NCBI GenBank assembly: GCA_008632985.1
Contig: QPGO01000048.1
Span: forward strand, 1 to 64,000
Source: Psammoneis japonica
Lineage: Eukaryota
Length of the DNA: 64,000 nucleotides
Reading direction: 5' to 3'
Positions 49,325 through 60,400 of this stretch are shown here, in pieces (position 1 is the stretch's first letter; each line of letters begins with the position of its first letter). Both the position numbers and the translations under genes were made by a program. The notes beneath the pieces are model-generated. The model made no database searches. It was not told the DNA's origin and was given only the letters and a program-made list of their open reading frames with translations.

Positions 49325-50268
49325 CTTCAGGCAGTTTGATCCAGACAACTTCCCTTTAATGCTTGTGTAATAGTCGCAATGAATGTGACAACGTCTTGTG
49401 GTGACGGATGACGACGACCGATCGACTTGCCACAGTAGCTTGTATCGAATGATGAGATGGTCGATGGTTGTCAGTTTGAAAAGATCGAATTCTACGTGAT
49501 CCCCAGTACAAATCCTACGCTAATCCAAATCTCAAAGAAAGATCGCGGGCAAAAACACGTCACTGAGATTGACTCGTCCGATTAAATATGCATGGGCTAA
49601 TTCGCGATAAGATCTCGATCTCTCTACTGACTCTACAGTAGCTAGTAGCTCTGTCCTACTCTCTACCGGTAGTAGAGTAGAGAGTAGTAGAGAATACCTA
49701 GAAGTACTTAGTAGAGGGCTAGTAGCGGTACGGTAAAGTAGCTAGAGAGAGAGCAATGGTGCATTCCTCCGGATCAGGTGCAACATTGTAGAGAGTACTT
49801 CTAGTAGCTAGCGAGTCGAGTAGGCCCTACTCTCCTCGAGCACGAAGGGAGGCGGTTCTGCCATCACGGCTATTCTTTCGTAGCCCTCTAGGGACTAGGC
49901 CCCAGGCCAAAATGCTTTAGAATCCTCTCTATGGTAAGAAGCGAGAGGCATGTATGCACATCAGTAAATGATCTGGATCAGCGACTTATAAAATGACACA
50001 GTAGTGCTCGTGAATGCCACACGTCACCGAACACATCATCTTGTCACCCCCCAGTCGCGACATGCCATAATTGCAAAGTACGAAGTAACAGATAAACTGT
50101 AGAGTACTTTAAAAAACGACTGTTCGTTACGGTATTGCGGAAGAGGTTGCACTCGAACAGAAAAGTCATGGCGATGCACGTGTCTTCCACAAGAAGGTCG
50201 AAACGGCCGGTTACAATCTTTCGGACCGTACAATTACCTGCCGAGAATGAAGAGAATTCTTGATCATA

Positions 50269-50945
50269 TCAATTCATGGTAGAAATAGAATATGGCCCCG
50301 GCTTGACAAGTCCCTTCTTGTAAAGCGAAGACACAGCTTTTTTGAATGACGATTTGCTAACACCCGGGAATTCAGCTGCGATTTCCTTTGGTGCTGACTT
50401 GTCTCCCACGGGAAGTGTACCATCTTCACTCCATTCCAATTTCTCCAGTATCATTTCTCCTACTTGCTTGGCTTTTGCCTTACCACCCGGAACCCTCAGA
50501 GAAATATCTAGCTTCCCATCATCACGGATACGTTCGATGTATGCGCGAAGAACCTCTCCATGCACAACGTCGACGTTGCCTCGAACTTCCCTAAATGCCT
50601 AATTTCTTGCTGCAACACCAATCCATTTCCTAACGGCGGAGCTGACTCTGGAATTAGATCTTCGGGTGAATGGCCAATGCCAATAACATCAACTGATGCA
50701 CCCAGCGGCCCGAAAGATGCAACCTCGACTTGAATCTTCTGACCGTATCGAAACGGGATTTCGTCACCTCTTGAGTTAGCCTTCGAATAGAGAGGTTCCG
50801 TTTTAATGGCTCTTGGGTCCAGAAAGCTTCGGTCTAGCCTTCGTGATTGTAGCCCGACGAAGGCAAAAGCGGGGGCAGTTATTTTGCGTGATGAAGCCAA
50901 AACAAGTGAGAAGGAAGTCAGTGTGAGTGTTCGAAGTTGCAGCAT
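50269..50945 (-). CDS. S1 RNA-binding / CvfB(YitL)-like winged-helix protein; 1-nt frameshift near 50595
   Basis: YIERIRDDGKLDISLR (S1) and LPVGDKS.P.EI...FPGVSK..FKKAV..LYKKG (CvfB WH). Confidence 0.8.
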
Positions 50946-51347
50946 TTTGATATAATGAAGTGGAAGGTGCTTGAATCGATCGGAATACGGTGCTATGACG
51001 ACTCGTCCAATGTTAGACGATAACATTGAAAGCAACCTTCAACCGACAGAAACAATTTGCCGGGTCCAGTCGTCCCCCACGCCGCAGTGTGCAGATGATG
51101 CGTTCTGGAGAATTCTGGAGCTCGGGCCTGCTCGAGCGAAAACGGCGGCAGTTCTGTTGGCTACCGTAAAGGCTACGTAGGAATTGGTAATAATTATTGA
51201 AAGTACTAAGTCCCTACGAATGTTCTACATACGAATTCATGGTACTCTCTTTACAAATGTACACAAAAAGTGATAGTGATTGAGAATTGTGGCAACGGTC
51301 ACGACACCACAAAAATCTCTTCGAAAACCGCGCTCGTTTTCGATCAC

Positions 51348-51639
51348 AACTCGTCGTCTCGCACGATGTGTTGTTGTTTGCCAAGCCGGAAGCCGTAATC
51401 TCCGAGGATGGCTCGCCCTTCCTCTGGATTGAGAGCTCGCTCTTGTTTGGTATTCCACAACTCATTTTGCTTGATGGTGTGTTGTCTCTCTTTTTCAACT
51501 CGTCGTCTCGCACGAGGTGTTGTTGTTCGCCAAGCCGGAATGCCGCGATACCCAAGGATGGCTCGCCCTTCCTCTGGTTCTAATTGCCTGCTCTTGTTTG
51601 GTGTTCCACAACTCATTTTGCTTGATGGCGTGTTGTCTC
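51348..51639. repeat. ~149-bp-period tandem duplication
   Basis: aactcgtcgtctcgcacga...gtgttgtctc at 51348-51488 and 51497-51639. Confidence 0.95.
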
Positions 51640-53597
51640 AAATGGTAGCGTAGGTGTTGCCAGTTAAGTCCAGAGGTCGGGGCAAATCGAATGCGTCTCT
51701 CCGGCCTTGAGTCCATGTCACTCTCGTGTCTTTGAGCGAGGAAGTTGCCTGTTCGCTTGACCCAGTCAGGTCACGGCTGTTGAAACAGACAGCAGCGTTC
51801 GTCTGCAAAGCAGCAAAAGCTCGCCGAGCAGATCATACCATTGACGGAACACAGGTTTGGGGTTCTGTCGTATCAGTGACATGATACGGTGAGTCTTCAC
51901 TCGTAGGGAGTGTTGATTTAGAACGCGGTCGACTCGCAAGTTTTCTTGTTGTCTCCGTAGTACGTCCCCCCTTTTTCTTTTCTTGGGGTGAATTTTCACT
52001 CTGAAGATACGAAAAAGCTTGAGCGCCATCTTTTGATGGCGCTCTTGAGCAACGTACCCTACGCGACCGATTTCAATAGATACTTTTGATATTGGTGTGT
52101 TTCAAATATTTGAAACACGCTTTGAAACTTTACAATAGAAGCAGAAAGACTAACAGTACCAGATAGTAATCCTTATTTATGTGTAAGTTATTCCATGCAT
52201 ATGTCAATGGACTACGATGGCGGTCGTAGCGCTTGAAATGTCGTTGCATACTCTGATGTCGTTGTTTCTGTTTTTCTCCATTGACAATCTTAAGGCCACA
52301 GGCGATCCCTTGAGAGCAGTCTGCTCCTTGCCGTTGCCCTTGATGGAGGTCACTTTTCTTGCAGAAAGAGCTACCCGTCCAGAACGCATCATGAAGTGTT
52401 AAGCTGGTAACGTGCAATAGACGCGGGATCCCAACCACGAGAAGCACCTTAATGAAACGATAAAATATAACGCACCGTTGAATGTCTGTCGACTGTAAGA
52501 GCAGACTTGTCTGCTTCGGACCGAGTTATCCATTTCCTCAGCGTTCTATCAAAGACGTACTCATCTTCTGGCTTTTGATGATCACTCTTCTTATCAACCG
52601 TGGACAGACCTGTGCCTTGTTCGAATGAGATACTGAGAATGTTGTCAAAGTGTGATTGTTCAGGTACGCCACCTCGAGCGTCCCCGGAGCTAATCTTTCC
52701 CGACGCACTATCAAATGAAGCAGTTGTACCTTCAATCATCATTGCTATCATTGTCAAAGTACGATTGTTCCGGTGGTACGCTACCGGTATTGCTCGTGGA
52801 ATCTATTCTTCCGTGGCGCTATGAAATGAAACAGCTGTATCGTCGAACTGAGAACATGATCGTTTGAAGCGGCTGGAGCGAGGACTTGACTGATCCAAGC
52901 ACACTATGATAGCTAGAAATGGCACTTTAGCACCGTCAATGCCTTGAAGAGATCTCAGCAGAAAAAGGAGTTACCCCGTGGAATCGGCTAAACCTGCTCA
53001 GTTTGAAACTCGAAAGTTGCGAAGAAGATGGGGCATTGCAGTTTCGAAGAAGACAGGGCGGGCATTGCGGCACTGTGTGCCCCACCGTTGCGCGCAACTT
53101 TGAACATGCCACATCACGTCTCAAGAAGTCTTCTCATCTTTGACTTGTGCGACTGAAAAGAAAGCTTGTGGCGCATGGAACTTCCGCCACTCAGTGTAGA
53201 TTTACTTGCTTGCTTGACTACAGTAGAAAGCCGGTTGGGATTGATAGGCTTTTGAACACTATAATCTATGTCTTAGATTCTATAAGGCGCCGCGAGACAG
53301 AAGAGTGTTCTCTGTGTCGCCTTGGGCTTGCCAATATCAGCTGAAAGCTTGCGCATGGCATTCGCAGGCAGCTGTCTCTAGAGATAAGACTAGAATTCAG
53401 AACGGACACACCAGGCTTACGCTGACGCGATCGCATCACTCGTTCAGGAGATAGCTGCTGTGCGACTTAAGCGTTACTGAAGAAGAGCGAAACACAAACA
53501 GCTATAGAATGCAAGCTAGTCGAGTTCCTATCATGAGTGATTATTTAATTAGCATTTGCAATATTGATCCGGTGATCGTCTTGGGCGTTTTCGAATC

Positions 53598-54380
53598 TTA
53601 GTGCTCACCCGGAATCTCCATTCTTTTCAGAATAGAAATTTCATCTCGTAAATTGCTTCGTGCCTTACTTTCCATGGCAGAACGAAAAACATCAGTGACA
53701 AAAAGAACCGGTTGTTTAAGAAAACCCTCCAGTATTTCCGCACGTTTCTCACAATAGATTGTGCGATCTACAAACCGATATTCCTTTCGTATCAGACCCG
53801 CGTATACTTTGTAAGCATTCGCCTCTTTTCCAAGCACACATATATCCATATCCAACAAAAGTCTCATGCATTTGTCGTCTTCTATAACTTTGTGATTCTG
53901 TGTAGCGAGAATACAAGCGATAACCCTTTTGAACAAGGAATCACTATCCTTCTGTTTCGTTTCTGTAACAAACTTGCGAAATACAGCTGCGCTATCAGTT
54001 TCGTTCGTTTGAGATCTAGGATCGTAAATTGCATCGTGAAAGAATATGGCGAGCCCCAGCACCGAGTATTCGATTTCATCAATGTCTTCCAGCAAGTCGA
54101 GGTATCCAAACATTTCTTCTAGATGCACTACCGTGTGATAAGCTCGATCGTCGGCGCAATGTTTTTCGAGAATAGTCTCAAACCAAGAATTGGAAGCTTC
54201 ATCATGCGGTGCGAAACATTTTGTTGCTCTCCTCCACCGCTTCTTCAAGTTATCTTTTCGGCGCTTTCCATCGTTGGTGGTCACTGGTGGAAAGGTAAAT
54301 ATCTTGTTCGTGGACATCCATGACCTGGCGAAGGAATTATCTTTTTCGATACTTGACGGAGGCGTGTCCGACATAGACAT
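53598..54380 (-). CDS. HD-superfamily metal-dependent phosphohydrolase (COG4339-like)
   Basis: RAYHTVVHL, AIFFHDAIYDP, LLDMDICVLG, Y..Y...IRKEY motifs. Confidence 0.88.
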   Translation of the reverse strand: MSMSDTPPSSIEKDNSFARSWMSTNKIFTFPPVTTNDGKRRKDNLKKRWRRATKCFAPHDEASNSWFETILEKHCADDRAYHTVVHLEEMFGYLDLLEDIDEIEYSVLGLAIFFHDAIYDPRSQTNETDSAAVFRKFVTETKQKDSDSLFKRVIACILATQNHKVIEDDKCMRLLLDMDICVLGKEANAYKVYAGLIRKEYRFVDRTIYCEKRAEILEGFLKQPVLFVTDVFRSAMESKARSNLRDEISILKRMEIPGEH

Positions 54381-54678
54381 GGTCTGAAGCGGCGGCTGAG
54401 CGAGAAGCTCATCATCTATCTTCTCTCGTTGCTCGTCGTGGCAATCATCCGCACCGCTTCCACCATGCTTGTTTGGCGTGCGCTCGCGCGCGCGAGCGCG
54501 GAATCTGTCGACGCGAAAGCACGGCCGACCATCCGACATCGGACGTTTTCAAGTTTTGGTGGTGATGGCATGACGCATGACCATCACAATGATGAGCGAT
54601 AGCGCTGAGATTACGTCGTCTTTCTGAAACTCATCATTCGTTTGCGCTTATTGTACTGTCAGCCTTGTCATTATCAAC

Positions 54679-55533
54679 ATGAGCATGCTCATCAACTCGT
54701 TCCTTGTGCAAGGCGCGGGCGCAGCGCTGGCCAGTGGACTGAACACCGTTTCATCCCTTCCACTCGACGCTCTTGTTCTCATGTCTCTCGGAGCGGACTT
54801 TCCCACTTTAATTAACACTGTCGACAAAGCCAACATTGACTGTCCTGTCCATCTTACCGAGACGTATGGAATCATTGGGCATGATGATGATTTGGGACGC
54901 AACGTTGAATTGATGGAAAAAGGGCGAGGCCAAGAGCATGGATTTCAGGGCGGCAGTGGCGGGCAAGGATGTCTTGCACCAGCATTTTCACAAGGAGCGG
55001 TTGCTGGACACATGGATTCTGCGGTCCCTCAAGACGCATCCTCTTTGATGGTGATTGCCGACACATCTGGTGCTTTTGCAGAAGTGTCGGGAAAATTGCC
55101 TCTGCACTGTGGTGGGATCACAAAGGAGGCTTGGTTTCTAAACAATGGCGAACTCGAGAAAGTCCCTTGCTTTTGGGTGGCCAGCCAATCGCGCGATTGT
55201 CCAATCGGTGCACCAGCGTTCAAGGGCGATGCCAGTGAGGCGACAGAAGCCCCAATGTCAAAGCTCCCTTCAGGATGGCAACCCAGTGGACAGGTCGGTC
55301 TGTTTCCATGTCATGCACGCGGTGTGAATCATTGCGGTGCCGAGAATGTAGAAGTGGATGCCATTGCATCACTTCTTTCAGAGAAGGGTTCTGCTCCTCA
55401 CATTTTTGGCATGTTTGCTCACGGCGAACTCGGTCCGTCTAGCTTCAGTGGGTTCATGAACGAGAAGAACGACATTGAGTGCGAGAAACACAGCATGACG
55501 AGCATTTTGTCAATCCACACGTCAGTGGGTGAG
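54679..55533 (+). CDS. FIST-C domain protein, interrupted 3 codons before its stop by the Copia insertion and hypermutated
   Basis: LFPC.ARG...E...IFGMFAHGELGP (FIST-C). The native end GCG TCC AGC TGA lies after the 3' TSD at 62118-62129. Confidence 0.75.
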
Positions 55534-55880
55534 TGTGACAATGTTCATGTTTGCATGTTTTTACAACAACATCGGACCTCCACGATTCAAATCAGAGATC
55601 CAAGATTCGAACCCCGTGTGCGATGCTCAGTCTCGAATCCCGCGGAAGCCGAGTCACGAATGCGATGTTTGTTCCCAGCTTCGCGCTTGTTCAACTTCGC
55701 GTTTCCTTTAGATGGCAGCTGCATCTGCTCATAAAAACTGCTCACAATCTTTCCAATGCACTGATTGTCACCTCTCAACTTTTGGTGCAACAAAGTTGCT
55801 GATTGATTGTTGTGTCGCAATCACAGCTTTTAATCACTGAAAGTGCAGACGAATCTTAGAATTCCGGCTACTTTCCCACA
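55534..55880 (+). repeat. 5' LTR
   Basis: tgtgacaat...ctttcccaca; 338/347 identical to the 3' LTR by manual alignment. Confidence 0.97.
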
Positions 55881-55954
55881 CGCTTCCTCTGCGAAACCCA
55901 CAAGTTAAGTCAATCGATCTTAAGCTCTCGATTCTACTTCACTCTGCTGTCACC

Positions 55955-57462
55955 ATGGTCACGCAGACACGAACCGCGGCTGCTCTAGCTGCCTCTGTTG
56001 CAGCTCCCGCTGCTGCACCCGCTGCAGCTCCCACCACTGCTGCTGCTCCGGCAACAGCACCTGCTCCTGCAGCCGCTCCAGTTGCTCCTGCACCTCCCCC
56101 AGTCGTTCCTCCCGGTGCACCTCCAGGAGGAAGTGGCGGAGGAGGTGGAGGAGGAGGCGGAGGTGGAGTCCCACCAGGTGGAGTCCCGCCAGGTGGACCA
56201 CCATTGGCACCTGTGCCACCACTGCCGATCTTCGCGTTGACTCCAGGTCAACACCGTCCCAACAACTTCATCGACTGCGGCACATCGCAAGGCCTCAAGC
56301 TTTGGAACGCCGCTGCTGCACCGCTGCCACACGAGTTCAACGGCGATTCAGAAGGTCTCAAACGGTTTTGTGAGACACTCAGTCAACGAGCTGCCGAGGC
56401 AGGATGGAAAACAGGGGCAAGAGACATGCTTGCCATTCCCGACGCGAATGGAACTCCACGAGATCTCATCTCCGAGTGCGGGCTGCTCACTCTGCAGGAT
56501 GTGAGAACCCACGCGAACACCTTCGCGAATCCACCTGCGCGACAAGCACAGAACAATGTGCAGATGGCCGAGGCGATCTCTCAATCCCTTGCGGAGGAAG
56601 CAAGAGACAAGACATTGGCTGAGATGGATTCCCACACGATCAATGGAAATCAAATCGGCACACTGTTCTTCAAGCTGCTTGCGCAAAAGGCCATCGTTGA
56701 CACACGCTCTGCCACCAACTGCTTCCGCGAGAACTTGTCAAGCCTGGACACGTGCATGGCGGCTGTTGGCTCGGACATCGAAGAGTTCAACAAGTGCGCC
56801 AAGCTCAACGTTGACGGACTCCAAGCTAGAGGAGAGCAGTGCGACGACCTTGTCATGAACCCATTCAAAGGATGCACCGCAGCTGCTGACGAAGCATTCG
56901 TCAAGCACATCATGTCACACAAGGACAGGTGCGACGACGGTGAGGAATTCACGCCGACACAAATCATGACGTTGGCACTGAACAAATGTGTTTGACCTCA
57001 AGCGCGAGAAGAAGTGGGGAGCACTGTCACCGGCTGAAGAGCAAATCGTCGCGCTTGCAGCCAAGGTAGACTCCATTTGAGGATCAGAACCTTCAGCCAT
57101 CTAAAGCTTTGAAGGCCAAGGCTGGTTCAATCAAGGAAAGAAGCACACGGTCAAGGAAGACCAAGACCACTCCACGTCAGAGACAGAAAGCGGACGAAGC
57201 CTGGAAGAAAGTCCCGCCCAAGGAGGACGCTCCCAAGAAGACAGTGAACGGTCATCAGTGCTGTCACAAGCGCGTCAACAATCGCGACTGTCACTGGTGC
57301 CCACATCACACTGCTTGGGTCATGCACTTGCCTGATGATCCGGGCAACCAAGGCTGTAGACTCCGCAAGCAACAGTCTGCTCCATCCACAGACACGTCGG
57401 ACAAGAAAGTCTCCTTCGCAAGTGCTGTCTCTGCCATCCCAAACGAAGTGGATCAAGAGTGA
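55955..57462 (+). pseudogene. Copia gag (frameshifted near 56990 and 57078; no Tyr in the two main ORFs)
   Basis: FALTP...IDCGT..GLKLW, PFKGC..AAD..FVKHI, WKKVPP, WCPHH..W..H motifs of CoDi-type gag. Confidence 0.85.
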
Positions 57463-60400
57463 CTGCTCTGCAGGTTCACTCTGACACTGCTGCTGTCCTT
57501 GCAGACAGCCGTCACTGTGTCAGTGCTCCTGATGGCGGTCGCTGGCGTCATGAAATGTGCAGCATCGATCTGGATCATGCTGCTGTTCATGATGCCATCC
57601 CTTCCTTCAGAAAAGTGCAAGCGCCTGTCACATGCCGCAATGACGCTGGGTGAGTGGGTCATCTCACATGTCCTGGCTGAACTGGGCACAAGACAAGTTA
57701 AGACTTGCCAGCGACGGCCAACGACGAGGTGCTGCGCACGGCATCATGCGTCGACGAGGCCAGGTCACCGCTCCAGAGTGGCCACCAAGAAGGCTCACTG
57801 TGTCATTGCACGACACAAGACGGTTAGAGCGTGCAACTCAGCCACACCACACCGTCCCGAGCGAACGGAGCCCACTTGCGATTCGGACTCATTCGCAATC
57901 GGCGTCGACTCGCATTCTTCCTGCACCATGTCCAACAACGAGGCACACTTCATTGGTCCTCTTCGCAAATCCAACAAAGTGGTGCTCGGTGTCAAGGGCT
58001 GCTTGCGTGCTGAGGGAGAAGGAACAGTGCAGTGGGCAATTGAGGACGACATGGGACGAGTGCACAGCATTAAAATTCGAGACGCACCCCATGTGCCGGA
58101 CTTGCCTCATTGTCTTCTCTGCCCGCAGCAATGGAGCCAACAAGCTAATGACCACACGCCAGAGCCTCACGGAACCGTGTCTTGGACCAGGGACGACGGA
58201 CCATTGCTGATGTGGGACCAGCGCAAGTGCCATCGCCTGATTCCATTGTCCGCCAACTCTAACGTCGCCAAGATGCGCTCCGCACCCGGTTCCAACAAAT
58301 GCCGGACCTTTGCAGCCGCTGTCGAAGAACAAACCGACATCGAAACTATCGAGCACGTGGCCTGTCAAGCTCACATCATGCCACCAGACGACGAGAGCAT
58401 TGCGAATGATGACGAGGCTGCAATTGATGCAGACGTCTTCAGAAGTCCATCCGAGACACGTCCTTCTGAGACGCAAGACGCACGCAACACTGCTGATGAG
58501 GATGCTCCTGTCTCATTTGAGCCAACAGACGGAGCAAGTCGTTCAGACTCAGACGAGGAAAACCTGAGGGATTTCACGACACCGGAGGTGCAGCAGGACT
58601 TGCCGGAACCCATCAACATCATACCAAATGATGACGCCCTTGCTGCCACAGATGACCAGGGTGAACTATTGCGTTGGCATTGCCGCCTGGGCCACATGTC
58701 ATTCAAAATGATAAAGCCATTGGCCGCCCTAGGCATTCTACCGAAACGCCTTACAAAGGTGCACAACCCAAAATGTGCCGGCTGCCCATACGGTGCCATG
58801 ACGAAACGACCATGGCGATCCAAGTCCAAGCGGAACCGACGAATCCACTTGGCAACTTCGCCTGGAGAAGCCGTATCCGTCGACCAGCTCGAGAGTCCTA
58901 CTCCTGGATTGATCCCACAGCTCAAAGGGAGACCTACGAAACAAAGGTATCGAGCAGCGACAATTTTTGTTGATCATTTCAGCGGATTGGGGTGCATGTA
59001 TTTGCAGAAAGGACTTACCTCAGCCGAGACGCTCGAAGCCAAGCACGCTTTCGAGGCATTCGCACGCCGGATGCACGTCCGTATTCAACACTACCACGCC
59101 GACAATGGAAGATTTGCTGACAATGCTTTCATACAAGACGTCAAGAAGCAACAGCAAACAACATCCTATTGTGGGGTCAACGCCCACTTCCAAAACGGCA
59201 TCGCGGAGAAAAGAATGAGGGACCTCCAAGAGCAATCTCGGAAGCAACTCCTGCATGCAAAAGTGAGATGGCCAACGGCTATTGAGTTGAACTTATGGCC
59301 AAGCGCTCTCAGGAACTCAAACGAGATCAAGAATCACTTACCAAATCACGAGGACGGCTCTTCTCCGCTGGAACGTTTCTCGTCCGTCAAGGTCCAGCCT
59401 AATCTCAAACAACACCATACCTTCGGCTGTCCCGTCTACGCCTTGCACAACCGGTTGCAGGGAGGAGGTAGGCTGCCTAAGTGGGACCCAAGGGCAAGGT
59501 TAGGAATCAATTTGGGACCATCAACAAGACACGCAGGTTCAGTTACCTTGGTTCTGAATTTGCAGACCGGACTCGTATCGCCGCAATTTCACGTACAATT
59601 TGACGACTTCTTTGAGACTGTTCGTCCATCTGCTGGGAATCCTCCTACATTCTCACAATGGCAAGGCATTACAGGTTTCAGACAACTCAAGACAAGGAGC
59701 ACTTTCAACATCTTTGGGAAATCAAGTGACGTACCGGTTGAGGGATTAGTCCCTACCACAACGGAACCACCTGAGCCGAATTCGGATATCCCGTCTCAGC
59801 TGCTGCATCCTACTGATACGTCTACCACTGATGACTCATTTGATAATGCCCAACCGGATGATGAAATGCTATACACGCCTCCAGATGATTCTGACGCACC
59901 ATCTGAGCCACAGCGCACTATGGGTCAACCCAGTACCAGTAGGTCCGGCCGACAACGACGCCCGACCGAAAGGATGCGCGAGAGCCAACTACAACGGGCT
60001 CAAGGCATTGTCTCCTACAATGCAGAGGCAGAGGCATATTATGATGCGATGCACGAGGATGATTACAAACTGCAGGACGATATGGACTCACCTATCTCTT
60101 TTCTGGCGAGCTCGGACCCCGACACCATGTACTTTGATCAGGCCATGCGTGAACCTGACAGAGACGAATTTATCAGGGCCTGTGTTAAGGAGGTCAATGA
60201 TCATATTGAAAGGAAACATTGGATACTCATTCCAAGAGAGGACGTACCTGACGACGTCGATGTTCTCCCTTCGGTATGGTCTATGAAGCGCAAAAGAGAC
60301 ATTAAGACCCAAGCCGTCTACAAATGGAAGTCCCGACTTAATGTGCACGGCGGAAAGCAAGAGTATGCTGTCAACTACTTCCAGACCTACTCTGCCGTGG

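Noticed and set aside
51214..52757. Short minus-strand ORFs as a defined gene
   Set aside because: No recognisable domain, and I could not build a consistent exon chain.
55534..55880. ADAR-type RNA editing or RT error during retrotransposition
   Set aside because: Both A->G and T->C occur on the same strand, the two LTRs differ from each other, and the non-TE flank appears affected, so the changes are post-integration.
55534..58700. Classical fungal RIP or 5mC deamination as the cause
   Set aside because: RIP creates TpA rather than removing it. CpG is largely retained here and accounts for only 1 of the 9 LTR differences.
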